Position numbers and translations under genes: made by a program
Notes under the pieces: generated by a model
What the model saw: the letters and a program-made list of their open reading frames with translations, nothing else
Told to the model about the DNA's origin: nothing
Databases searched by the model: none
Source of the DNA: Macrostomum lignano
Lineage: Eukaryota
Reading direction: 5' to 3'
DNA length: 64,000 nucleotides
Assembly (NCBI GenBank): GCA_002269645.1
Contig: NIVC01000440.1
Coordinates: forward strand, 474,447 to 538,446
In this document: positions 1 through 13,004 of the stretch, piece by piece
How the letters are laid out: the number at the start of each line of letters is the position of its first letter
Position numbering within the stretch: position 1 is the stretch's first letter

Positions 1-1030
1 CTTCGCCATCACTTTTCCACTCCCAATAGTTATTACATCCCATTATTAAATATAAATACAGATTCGCGTAAAAACTTTTTTATTTAAAATATTTTAATAA
101 TAAAGTTTTGAGTCATTTTTAGGAGTCAAATAAAATTGAAGTGACATATTTATCGCTATTATATTTATCGAGGGCCGCAACGATAAAAACTTATTCACAT
201 AAAAAAAGAGTCAGCCGACAATCGTTTATCTTTGACCCGAAAAATCAAAGTTTACAAAGGATTTTTTCATGCATAAAACATATGAAAACTTGCGAGACAC
301 AAAATTACAGAAATAACGGACATGCAAGGGTGGTACGAATACAATACAATAAGATATAGAATTCAAATAGCTAAAAAAATCTTCAGAAAAAAAACATAAT
401 TTTGATAATTTTGAAATAAAACTTATGCAGGATTTATAATAAGACAAAAATAGGCAGCATGCATGGCCAGTGCTTGTACAGATTTTAATTAATATATACG
501 GTTTCAAAGTACATTAGTGCAATTGTAATTTGTCATTATCATGCCATCTTACTACTGTCAGTTTGTACATATATCATTTCTATGCAATTAGTTATTACGA
601 TATGAGAAACAAATTTTGTTTTAATATAATTAAAACATTTAAATCTTCTAAAATCGGTGATAACAAAGTACAACAAAATGAGTAATATATATACGAGTTC
701 TTACCGTAGGGCGTTAATTGTAGCAATGAACAATTACAAAATCGGCTTGGAGTTACAGATACAAATAAAGGAGTTGGGTGCGTGTTTGCTTCTTCTGACT
801 TCGGCTTCAGTTTCTTAGCAACTCAGGTGAGCAAAAGCACAAGACAAAAGCAGAAGAGAATTAATAACAAAACAATAAAAACACTGACGGAAAAGTGAAG
901 CGTAACATAATTTTTCTTTCAAAAATGTTTATTAATCTCAATTAATAGGTCGAATCCGGTCGAGGAGCATTGAGAAGCGGTGGAGTTGGGAAAATTGGGA
1001 GGATGGACCCAGACGGGAGGTCAGGCGAGG

Positions 1031-4000
1031 TCACTGCTGACTGGCGGAGGCGGCTGCGGCTGAAGCGTTGCTGCGCTGTTTGAGCAGAGTCCAGTCGAAG
1101 GTGTAGTCAAACTGATGGTTGAGCGTGCGGAACAGGATGCGGAACAGCTGCCTCAGGTACATGTAGTCCGGCGCCTCCTCGAACCGCAGGCCGCGGCAGT
1201 AGTTCAAGTACATGGTGAACTCGGCAGGGAAGCCTTTGCACAGGCCTTCAACTGGGGTGGACATTTTCTTTTCGCTGATCTTCTGGTACTTCTGCTTCTT
1301 GTTAGCAGCCTGCAACAGTTTGAATGTACAGAAGAGGGGGTTCGTTGGTCAACCTGGGGTGTTTGAGTCAACCTTGAGTGTTTGGGTCAACCTTGAGTGT
1401 TTGGGTCAACCTTGAGTGTTTGAGTCAACCTTGAGTGTTTGGGTCAACCTTGAGTGTTTGGGTCAACCTTGAGTGTTTGAGTCAACCTTGAGTGTTTGGG
1501 TCAACCTGGGGTGTTTGGGTCAACCTGGGGTGTTTGAGTCAACCTTGAGTGTTTGGGTCAACCTGGGGTGTTTGAGTCAACCTTGAGTGTTTGGGTCAAC
1601 CTGGGGTGTTTGAGTCAACCTTGAGTGTTTGGGTCAACCTGGGGTGTTTAAGTCAACCTGAGTGTTTGGGTCAACCTGGGGTGTTTGGGTCAACCTGTGG
1701 TGTTTGGGTCAACCTGGGGTGTTTGGGTCAATTTTAGGTATTTGAGTTCACCTCGGGTAGTTGGGTCAACCTGGGGTATTTGGGTTAACATAGGATGCTG
1801 GTGTCAACCTGGGATGCTGGGGTCAATCTGGGATGCTGGGGTCAATCTGGGATGCTGGTGTCAACCTGGGATGCTGGTGTCAACCTGGGATGCTGGGGTC
1901 AACCTGGGATGCTGGTGTCAACCTGGGATGCTGGGGTCAACCTGGGATGCTGGTGTCAACCTGGGATGCTGGTGTCAACCTGGAATATTAACAATACAAA
2001 AAAATTCTGACCTGCAAACCCTGCCAGGGCAGTGAGCCGCGATTAAAGTACATGAGCACGTAGCCCAAGGCCTCCATATCGTCTCGGCGCGATTGCTCAA
2101 TGCCTAAATGAGCATTGATAGAGGCGTACCTGGCCGTGCCAGTCAAGTTCTTGTCCTCGCTGCGGAATTTGAGTTAACTTTGAGCTGATTTTCTGACTGG
2201 ACGCTAATTTTTCTACTGTAAGTAGCATAACCGACATTTTGAACATAAAAATGATGATTAAAAATAAGGAAACGCACCGGTAGGGGATGTGCTTGCCGGA
2301 GCGACTGTCCCGGTACTTCTTGGCTAAGCCAAAGTCGATGATGAACACCTGCGGGATATTAAAATGCTTGAGAGTTAGTTAAAGTTTTTACCATCGCTGA
2401 GGCAATTCAGCGTCAGCGTTAATTTTACAGCGTCAATACTGTACTGTACAGCGGCCCTGACTTTGGTGGCGAGTCTAACAGTCTAGAGCTTACAACATAA
2501 CTACCTGCATTTAGCTCACCTTGTTGCAGTGCCGCCCAATGCCCATGAGGAAGTTGTCCGGCTTGATGTCGCGATGGATAAAGTTCTTATTGTGCACGTA
2601 TTCGATTCTGTTGATCATCTGATCGGCCAGCATCAGCACAGTCTTCATCGTGAATCGCCGTGAGCAGAAGCTGAACAGATCCTCAAGGCTGGGCCCGAGC
2701 AGGTCCATCACCAGCACATTGTAGTCTTTTTCTACGCCGAACCAGCTAAGTTTAAGTGGGTTACATGGAATTACCCGTTAGTAACTATCAAGGTTCTTTA
2801 AATCTATCCCATTCTGAAGCGCTTGCCAATGAGTGAAAAGCACTCACCGAACATGAGGTATGCCGATGCCACCTTGAAGCAGTTTGTACAGCTTGCTTTC
2901 ATAGAGCAACTGCGGATGGCGGGCCTTCTGACTTTCCAGCTTAACTGCGATTTCCTAAAAGCATTTTTAAATAGGCTTGGTGTAATTGAATGGTATATCA
3001 CTTTAACTGGGGGTTGAAGGCTTGAATGTCTGTTTTTGTTTGTTTGAGGTTGAAATTTGTTTTACACATTCAAGCATTATCTTACCAATTGCACATTTGC
3101 ACTTTTTAATGTAATTTCACAGTGGATTTTATGTTATAAAGTTTTGTTATACAATTACATTTTTAGCTCACTTGCAAAATATGTAGCATTTTTCTAAAAA
3201 TTTTCCATCTTAATCCTACTAGACAGTAATTATATGCTGGAATGAAAATTCTAGTTTTTTTATTCTTTGCCTCTATAAATCAAAAAATTTGCCAAGAATA
3301 AGGTGCTTTCATGCTAATTTTCTTATAATATCAATATATTCTTTGAAGTGAGAGTTTTATTAAACTTTAAAGTGTTTGTTTTTTATAGAAGTTTATAATC
3401 CTCCTTTTAATTTTACTCTCTATAAGTTGCTAACAATTTTTACATGCTTGGGCATAACCAAGGATTCACCCAGCCATTTCTATTGACAACACACACATGT
3501 AAGTTGCTATTGGATGGAATAGTAGTCACGTGACTGCTCTCAGCCAATAGCGACTTACATGTGTGTGTTGCCAAAAGAAATGGCCAAGTGATTCCCAAGG
3601 TTGCGCATGTATGAATTTTTATTTTAAAAAGTTTTCTTTAATCACAATTAGGCTATACCATATATGCCAAACCTGAACTTGGCCATTTTTGCTATATTAA
3701 GATCCTTAGTAAGAGGCAAAATTTTAGCATAAAAGCTGCCTTATATTATAGACTATGGGCATATAGTATTAGACTACCTAGGTTTAGGACCTTGTTGCTA
3801 GAGGCCAAACAAGTACTCAACTGAGTATTCTACATGTTGAGTAATTGACTCTTTTTTCAACTACTTGACTGTCAAGAAATTTTACTCAGGTCAAGTTGAA
3901 AAGTTGAGTATTTTTATGGGTGTTTATATAGATAATATATATAGGGTAAAAATGCCCTTCAATATATGAAATATCAATATGGCAATGAAATTTCAACAAG

Positions 4001-7000
4001 GCATTTTCCTTTTTTTAACAATTGTATCAGTTGTATTGTTGTGCACATCTTGGTATTATTATACAAAAAATAACTAAATGGAACACTAACTGGAAATATT
4101 ATCACTATTTTTTTATTCCATCTAAGGATTTCTTCAGATCCTTATACAAGAATTTGGCTAGCTAACCAGCTGCAACTACAGCTAGACACTCCTAGAAATA
4201 TGGATGTCATATTTGGCAATTACAACTTAGCTAGACAACTTAGTGCTGCAGCCTTTGTTTCATAGAACTCTCATGGAATGACACATATAAGCAAAAATTT
4301 ATTAGTATATTTTTATTACTTTAATACAAGGGGTGATCAAAAAGTTCTGCAACCTTTTGTTATAGCTTTTAGTAATAGAATCGACAAAAGCCAAAAACTT
4401 ACACATATGCGGCTATATCTGTTTGCTATATTTATATACATTTTTGGCTTCCAAATGTGCTCCAGTCAAATTTCACAGCCATATATTTTCCATGTGTTTT
4501 CAGTAGCTGATGGAAACATCAAAAGACAGTGTTCGCTTCTATATCTTTATGTGCATGCAACTTGGTTGCAAAGTGACTGAGATTCATACCGATCGGGTGA
4601 ATGTTTTAGCTGACTCTGCTCCATCATTTGACACAGTTGCCCGCTGGCTGCGCCATTTCTTGGAAGGCTGGGACAGCTTCAACGATGAACCGAGGTCTGG
4701 CCGACCCCGGACATCCATGACCGAAGATGTCGTGGCCCATGCCGATGCAATAATTCGTGAGGATTGGAGCATTACGCTAAGATTCCTTGCCTATGAGCTT
4801 GGTGTCAGCTATGGAAGTGCTCATAACATCATGCATGAGCGACTGGGCTGCACAAAGACCTGCGCTCGGTGGGTACCCCATCTTCTCACTCCGGAGCAGC
4901 AAGCAGAGAGGGTGCGCATCTGTCTCTTGTGGGTGCAAATTTTTGAGCCCCATGGCCCACGACGACTGTCGGATGTCATCACAGGAGGCGAATGTTGGAT
5001 CTCATTCTTTTACCAAGAAGGATAAGCAGTCCAACATGGTCTGGCTGGCAGAAGATGAGCCTGAGGCCCAAGGTGCTGAAGACCGGATTCCGCAGTTGGA
5101 AGCGGATATTCACCATTTTTTCAACTCTCAGGGTGTTGTATCAGTAAACATACTTCCAGTGGGTGCCACAGTAACTGCCAGGTACTACATAGACACATGC
5201 TCTGCCAGGCGTGCTGCAGGAGCGGCAGGAACGTGCGCGAACCAGGCATGGACCTTGACTACTGCTGCACCATGACAATGCGGCACCACACAGAGCGGCC
5301 TCAACCATGGCGTACCTGGAGCAGCAGGAGGTCCGGCTGCTGCCCCATCCACCCTACTCTCCAGACCTAGCACCCTGTGACTTTTGGCTGTTCCCGAGGA
5401 TCGAATCCATCATTTCTGGGAGGCCGTTTTCACACATACAAGACCTTGCCCAAGTGGTACATTCAGCTCTACAGGGTATACCAACTTCTGAGTACCATGA
5501 CTGCTTTCAGACATGGTGCACACGCATGCGACGGTGCATGGATAGTGGTGGAAAGTACTTTGAGGGAATGTGACACTGATTAGACGCCGTGGTTGCTGTA
5601 ACACTGAGTTGTGAGGTCACTTGCAGAACTTTTTGATCAGCCCTTGTATTATTCATTTATTTTGATTATTATTTATTATTTAATTTCAAATAAACTAATA
5701 AAAACATTTAAAAATAATATAAATTATTTATGATACAATATATTCATATATATCTTTATATAAAATGACATTATGACAGTATGACTATTAAAAATGCTGC
5801 ATAAAAATGTGCAGATTACTTGCTTAACATTTCTTGACTACTCAACATAATATTTCAGCATATTTTTGGAGTGTGCGCTGTGCGCGAAGCTAAAATATGA
5901 ATTTGTGCACCGAGGTGTACATTCATTTATTGACAAATACATAGCTAACTAATGCGCTGTAGCACTAAAAACTCAGTAAAAATCCAATTAAAACAAAACT
6001 AAAAAACGGATAAATTTCACTGGGTAACAGTTAAAAAATCGTCAGAGTTTTCTCAGCTGATTCAGACTAATTTTGGTGCTCTGAGTCTGAATATCACATT
6101 GATTTTGCCCTATCAGGTCAACTTTTTGAGATACAGCCATACGTCTACCTGACGGGCTATGCATATATGCTAATACTATAGGGGTCTTAAGTTCCACTTT
6201 TGTATCTATGATATATAGGCCCTACATTATTTTAGTATTATATTTATATGTTATTTAAATAAATATATCATTTATATATTATATTATATTATATATGTTC
6301 ATCAATATATAGCATCCTGCCATTACTTTCAGCTTATTGATATGGCTTCGGCTCGACGGTCATGCAGGAATAATCCTGACGTTTTCTGCTACATCTGCAG
6401 AGAATACACGCTATCAGTAGACAGGAAGAACATCACAGGATTTGTGAAGCGTGCCTACTAGGCTTATTTTAAAGTCAAGTTGGGTGACCAAGATAAGTCC
6501 TGGGCACCCCACATAGTGTGCAAGACGTGCGTGGAATACCTCCGGCGGTGGACAAAGGGCCCAAAAACTTCACTGAAGTTTGGAATTCTGATGGTTTGGA
6601 GGGAGCCATTTGACCATGCATCGGATTGTTACTTCTGCGCCATCAACACTACTAGTATCAACAGGAAGAATTGGCATAGCCTCCAGTACCCCGACCTTCC
6701 ATCTGCCCGCCGTCCAGTTGCTCACTGCGAATAAATTCCAATACCAGCATTCACAGAGCTTCCTGATTGTGATGCTGAGACCCTGAGCACTACAGATGAG
6801 GATGGAGATGCAGAAGACAAATATGAAGCACAAGATGGTCCACAGCCTTTTTCACAATGTGAGCTTAATGATCTGGTTTGGGATCTCAGCTTGTCAAAGA
6901 CTTCTTCCGAGCTGTTGGCCTCGAGACTCAAAGAGAAAAATCTTCTTGGCAAGGACGCGCATATTACCTTTTTTCGCAGAAGACATGAGGAATACATGGT

Positions 7001-10000
7001 CTACTTCTGCCAGGAGGAAGACCTCGTGTATTGCCAAGATGTCTCCAGTCTTGTTGTCAAACTTGGCGCTCCTCAATACAATCCGAGAGATTGGCGACTC
7101 TTCATTGACAGTTGTAAATGCTCTTTAAAGTGTGTGCTCCTCCACAATGGGAACCAGTTTGCCTCAATCTCTCTTGCGCATTCGACAACTCTCAAAGAGA
7201 AATATGAAGCAGTGAAGTACGTGCTCGACAAAATCCAATATGAGCAGCACCAATGGATCATCTGCGTCGACTTCAAGATGGTGAACTTTTTACTTGGTCA
7301 GCAATCTGGGTTCAGCTCTGGACAAAGATGGGAGGTGCTTTAACTACCTGTGCCAAGCTTTTCCTCGACTGACCATTGAGAAGCTGAAGGCTGGCATCTT
7401 TGATGGCCCACAGATCCGGCAGCTCATCAAAGACCCAGAGTTTCAAAACTCCATGAACACGCTAGAGTGCGCTGCCTGGAAATCGTTTGTGCAGGTGGTG
7501 AACAACTTTCTAGGGAACACGAAGGCACCAAACCACGCCAGACTCATCAGCAACATGATAGAGGCCTTCAGAAAACTTGGGTGTTTGATGAGCATAAAGA
7601 TGCACTTCCTGTTCTCACACATGGAGAAGTTTCCTGAAAACCTTGGGGCAATGAGCGACGAGCAGGGAGAAAGGTTCTATCAGGACATGCGCCAAATGGA
7701 GGAGAGGTACCAAGGGAGGTGGGACGCAGTCATGCTGGCGGACTACTGCTGGTCACTGAAGAGAGACAACCCAGCAGCTACTCACACACGGGAATCAAAG
7801 AAATGCCAATTTATGCCGTGAACTTTGAACTTTTGTCATGTACAAGTAACACTTTTCTTATACAAGCTTACTAATTAATACTATGATAACACCTTGATCA
7901 TATCTAATACATTCTGATCAATTTAATAGAGTAAATAAAACTGAATGAGTGTAACTACATAGACTTCTATTTCTTTGGGAAAATGGAAAAACTAGGGGTT
8001 TCTTATAATATATAAAAATTTGTTTTTTGGAAAATATAATTTTAAAAAATTTCTGTTGTGAAAAATCCTGACCTGACTAAGCAAAACCAAGGTCATTTTC
8101 AGACTCAGAGCATCAAAATTAGTCTAATTCAGCTGGCTCATTCCATATAAGATGGACATTTTTGGAAAATAGAAAAAAGTCAATGTTTTTGCTTGCCATT
8201 GCCTAATTAGCCTATTTTTTACCAAATGTTTATATTGTGCAATATATACAATCTAAGAATAAAGGAATGGTAAAATGTTGGATTAGTATGTTATCAATTG
8301 GCAAAAAGTCATTTTTGTAAAAATTTGGACATTTTTTGAAGCAAAAGACATCATTAAGATTTTGTACCTTTTAAAAACAAATAGAAAGCTTTTGAAGGTT
8401 GAAACAAACTATAGATAAAAGTATAGTACTTGCATCATCAGATAAAAGCATTGGTGACCAAATAATCTATTATATTTTTAATGTATTAGTACCTCAAAGT
8501 TACTGAATTGACAGAAAAAAATATGTTACGACCATAATGTTACGACCATAAGGCTGCCTTTTCTTTTGTATCTTTGTTGCCTTTTGAGTTTATATATTCT
8601 AATAAAAGAGTATGATTTCTAAAGATGTTCTTAGTCAAATTTTAAAAATGTATTGCAAAATATCAAAAATGAAAAATGTTATAAGACTTTTACCTTTTAG
8701 TTTCTATATGTCAAAAATCCTGTCGTTACGACCATAAGTGTCATTTAAGGTTTAATAGCATCTATACTAATGATGATATCTATATGAAACTCTATAAATA
8801 TATTCTAGACAAAATAATCTTTCATTTAAAATATTGGTTTAGTATATTCTATTATTAGATTTCATTTTATAAGTAAAAATAACCTGTCATGTTACGACCA
8901 TGCTTATATGAAATGAGCCAGCTGGAAAACCCTGGACGATTTTTCAAAAAAGATTTATTTGTTACCCAGTGTTTTTGTACCTTATATAGGCTTTTTTTAA
9001 CTCAAAACTTTTGCTTTTTTTAGCTCACGTAGAAAATTCTCAAAAGAAATAGCTTTAACTTTACGTTAAAATCCCATTTTGAATTTTATTATTCATTTCA
9101 CTTACCAAGAAACAACAATTTTTTATTGATATGCTTGGAAAAAACGTAATCTTAAAGCTTATTTTATGCACTGCATATGCAGATTATACATTTAGGTGAC
9201 TCATTGTGAGCTAAATTTTTCTGATTAGGTTTTGCTGTGTACCACTGTGCGCTAAAAACTTCTGCTAAGCCTTTGTTGTTCACCATGTGCGCCACTTTGC
9301 ACATATTTTTTGTTGATGTCTGCCGGAATTTTCCGCCATAATGTACACCTTCCTGAGTGTAGCATTTTTGCTAAAAATTCCTTTGCCAAAATGGGTTGCA
9401 CCTAGAGCTACAATAGTAATTTAAAAAAAGTTAAAAGCTATCTCTCTTTGTATAAGCCAATTTAGAGCTATACCTATAGGTTGTAGCTACCTTGGTGTGG
9501 CCACCTTATATATGCGCCTTTGAGAATATAGAGTATAGGCTTCCAACTTCCAGTTGTTTCTAAATTAAAAAAAATAATAGGAAGGCTAAGACTAAGCCTA
9601 CTGCCTACAAAACTAGAAAGCCTAATAAAGCTATTAATTTATTTTTATTAAAATGAAAAAATACAAAAAACAAAAGCCAATGAGGAATTTTTCATATATG
9701 TATATATGTATATACTAGCATGTATTCAAATATTTAGGCCTAGCTAGGAGCCAAAACCAGGATGGAATTCTTGCACAAAAGTTGTTACGCGTTTGTGCGC
9801 GCTTGTCAAATTTGTGCCCGCTTGCGCACTGAAAAGAAGCCTACTTGCGCGCTCTTAAAGGTGTATGCTTACTCCATCATATGCGCTTGCAAAGAAGCTG
9901 TTTGCCGCAGAATCACAAATAGGATTTGACTTTTATATGCATTCAACATGGTTATATGCCATGTAGTGTATGCGCGCTCAAGTTCTCCTACTTTTTATAG

Positions 10001-10721
10001 GCCTAGTCTAGAAGGTTGTTTTTATGCCAGAAAATTTTAAACAAAAGTAAAACAAAGAAGAATAGTTTTTAGCAAAAATAGTTACTTTAAAGTTTAGTGA
10101 AACTCTTATAATTTTTAAAGAATATTTTCTGTAAAAATTATAGTGATCAAGCTACTTTACACTTAAAGTACAACTTTCTAGTTTACGTTGGCATAAGAAT
10201 TGAAAAACTAGAAATTTCATTTTTAGTGCATGGGCCTGCCATGATCTGCTTTTGCTTTATGAATTTTTTACAGCTGGTGTGCACACTTGCGTGCTGCTCC
10301 AAAAACATGCGTGTGCGTTTTCCTACCCCCAACGGCCCAAGCAAGAATTCCATCCTGGAGCCAAAATAAGAATAAGATGTTATTCTTCTTTAAACTTCTA
10401 GCATGCACTATAGTTAAATTTGGGCTGTTAAAAGCCCATTACTTAATATGATCTTAAGTTTGGAAGCAATAGAGGTTAGGCTAATAATAATGTACAAACT
10501 TCAAAACTAAGCTGAAAACTAATAAAAAACATTAAAGTTAAATTTTATCACAACATTGTCAACAATATTTAAACAGTAAATTCAAATAAAAACATCCATA
10601 CCTCTCCATTTGTTTGGTTTACACCGAGGTAGATTTCTCCAAATGAACCACTTCCAATTTTCTTAATAAGACGATATTTTTGATTAACAATAAATTCCTT
10701 GCTGTTTGCACTACTTGCCAT
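1031..10721 (-). CDS. CSNK1A1: Casein kinase I alpha, 6 coding exons, 316 aa
   Basis: Exons 10602-10721, 2848-2954, 2520-2745, 2278-2348, 2012-2159 and 1031-1309 join in phase with GT-AG junctions. The translation runs [33 protein letters not shown]...HPQLLYESK...[12 protein letters not shown]...DFGLAKKY...[17 protein letters not shown]...[10 protein letters not shown]. The N-terminus matches the alpha isoform. Confidence 0.95.
1345..1982. repeat. 19-bp minisatellite filling CK1 intron 5
   Basis: The unit TTGGGTCAACCTTGAGTGT grades into GTCAACCTGGGATGCTGGT along the array. Confidence 0.9.
3445..3610. repeat. Imperfect ~160-bp palindrome (MITE-like) centred on GTCACGTGAC
   Basis: The left arm GCCATTTC..CAACACACACATGTAAGTTGCTATTGG mirrors the right arm CCAATAGCGACTTACATGTGTGTGTTGCC..GAAATGGC. 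CACGTG lies at 3527-3532. Confidence 0.7.
4327..5646 (+). mobile_element. Mariner (DD34D) DNA transposon, 1320 bp, defective
   Basis: 26-bp TIRs CAAGGGGTGATCAAAAAGTTCTGCAA with 1 mismatch, and a TA duplication at 4325-4326 and 5647-5648. Confidence 0.95.
4510..5573 (+). pseudogene. Mariner transposase, frameshifted
   Basis: Motifs RSGRP, WVPH, ITGGECW (first catalytic D changed to G), LHHDNA and [10 protein letters not shown] are split over different reading frames. Confidence 0.92.
6342..7821 (+). pseudogene. Chapaev3-type transposase with stops and an internal deletion
   Basis: FCYIC...[16 protein letters not shown]...CYFC...W.ICVDFKMV...KMHFLFSH...SDEQGERF. In-frame stops occur near 6460 and 6732. 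QQSGF is joined out of frame to ALDKDG near 7316, deleting the segment normally between them. Confidence 0.85.
8135..8919. mobile_element. 785-bp non-autonomous element nested in the right end of the Chapaev3-like element
   Basis: 17-bp TIR GGCTCATT(C/T)CATATAAG with AGCT duplicated on both sides (8131-8134, 8920-8923). Removing it restores the host subterminal repeat. It carries four GTTACGACC motifs. Confidence 0.85.
9757..10358. mobile_element. 602-bp non-autonomous DNA transposon with 8-bp TSD (hAT/P-like)
   Basis: Perfect 18-bp TIR CCAGGATGGAATTCTTGC, with AGCCAAAA duplicated at 9749-9756 and 10359-10366. Confidence 0.88.
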
Positions 10722-13004
10722 TCTGAAGTGAAAGCACACAAAGTAAATTGAATAAAACTACCTAGTAACTCAGCAAGCTACTTGAATTCTAGAAAAAATA
10801 CAGAAAGACAACGAAATATTGCAAAAAACAGCTTTAGGTTTCTAAACAGGAAACTTTTTTTAAACTAACAAGGAAGAAGATCAGCTGACTACCAAACGGA
10901 CAGGAAAGGGTGTTTACGTCTTTCTAAGAAATTTGTGCTTAGCAAATTGTGAGTGGGCTTATTAAATTGGAAATATTCCTAAGATACAGTCAGCGTACAC
11001 CAGCTCTAAGTTAAAAGTAATTTTCTTTGTATTCATAAAAAACTTTTACAATTTGTATGCTCTAAAAACAATCAAGGGTTTTTTAAGTAAAACGTGTGAA
11101 ACTTTTTGACATCATTTGTTTTAAAATCAATCGTAAATTCCTAAATATAACTCGCTAAAATTTTAAATGCATAAATGCATTTTTTCATTTCAAATTTTAA
11201 TTATTTAGAATTAACACTCGTGCATACAATTGTGTGTACTTAGGTTTTAAAGCTACCTGTTCCAGTAAAGTACTTACTAAGTTACTACTGGATCCAAAAT
11301 AGTTCTAAATTTCATGATTTATAGTCTCCTACGAGTCCCGTGATTGCTATATCTGCAATTGTAACATGCAGTGTATGTAGTCCCCCCTGATCAATATCGT
11401 TTATATCCGCCGTAAGCGTAACCCGCCCGAAGCGGGATCCGCCACAATAGCACCCAAATACACAGAATCCGCCTAGCCCGCATTACATGTACATGATGGC
11501 TCAACAAAAACATGTGTACAGTATGAACATGTAATCTATAATCTGTAGACATACAGTGTATTACAGAATCCACCGGCCTATGATTACCCGCGGTTGGTTC
11601 CGTACCCATGCTAGTTGCAGATTGATGCACAATGTAAGCTTCGCATACTACTTGTTTCAGTAAATTTTATAGTGACAGCCAGACCAAATTTGACGCGATC
11701 GATCTTCACATGTTCACAAAACTCGATCGTTCTCTGTTGCGCACACCCGATTGTGACTAATTCAGTCACTTTTTACATAGAATTCAAAACTAATGCCACA
11801 CGCAAAAACAGCGAGTAGTGCGAGAGCGAGGAGAGCCGCAGTCAATCAAAACACAAGTACGGGGAAGACAAACGACAAGGAAAGGGGAAGGGAGGCCTTA
11901 AGTCTAAATTTATACAGTCAGCCAGTCGCCAAAGTGCACCCGGTCGTGTGCACAGCTGCAACCTAAAAAACGCAAATTCCACCTGAATCACAATTCACAC
12001 CAATAGAGAATCCACCCGCGAATACCGAATTTGCCTACACTATTTTATACACAGCGATAGCGATTAGAAAGGTCGGGGGTTCGATTCTTAACCCACACAG
12101 AACAAATTGCAGGTTTTGAGCAAGCCACTAAGCTTGAGGATTAAGGACCTTAAGGACCACTGTATAGTAGTCGTATATTTCGTATAACAGGCCGTAAAAC
12201 TCAAAGATCGTGTATTTTTGGAGGCCAATTTCTTAGAAAGAATGCCCCAGGGAGAAAGGAAGAATTCTTTTTTTTCATCACAACTATAGAGAACATAACA
12301 GAGTGACATGCTGTGCATGTTACATATAAATTAAAAGAATAATAATCTTCACTGCCTCAGATCAAATGCAATCTTTGATTGTGGGATGAAAAAAATATTT
12401 TTTCTATCTCCGCAGTGTATTTTTCCCAGGAATTTTAGTTTTACGTCCTGTTATATACTACAGTGGTCCTTGACTTTAGCTCTGAATTGCTTCAGTTCCC
12501 AGCTGTAAAATGGGTGCCAGCATTAGCTGGGGTAATTGATGAGTAACTGAACAGCCGTACGCAGCCTTCAGATGCGGCTGAGCTGTCGGTTGCACCTGTG
12601 CCCATTAGGGCAGGGTATACATGTAATAAATTATTCATAATTATTATGGAATCAAACCATTCAAAGCATTATGGGATATGTGAAGCTTTTTTAATTAACT
12701 CACAGGTTAGCGGGCGTCTATAATATTGTTTTAATTATAATTAATTGAGCAAATTGAACTCAAGGGACCAAAGAGTTCTACTAAAATTGATTGCGCGTCA
12801 GTAAATTTCATGCTGGTCAGATTAATTAGATACAAACACTGGCCAATCAGCAGCCTTCCCAATCCCAAGGATTCCCAAGGATTTAACTATCATTAATGGC
12901 TACCCTCGCCGTTAAATTAATTCCATAAAAAGTCAAACCCTCTTAAAACCCTATTAAAACAGTTTAAAAAAATAATAATTAATATATTATCGAATCTGGT
13001 TTCC

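Larger units (their letters stand above)
6018..8971 (+). mobile_element. Chapaev3-like (CMC superfamily) DNA transposon, defective
   Basis: Termini CACTGGGTAAC...GTTACCCAGTG with a 3-bp TTT duplication, and ~110-bp imperfect subterminal inverted repeats (6018-6125 versus 8065-8134 plus 8920-8971). The family name rests on recalled CACTG ends and transposase motifs. Confidence 0.75.

Noticed and set aside
11360-12324. Possible solo LTR or Ginger-like element (TGTAACATGCA...TGCATGTTACA)
   Set aside because: The 11-bp inverted ends are present, but the flanks (CAAT / TATA) give no TSD and no PBS or PPT was found.
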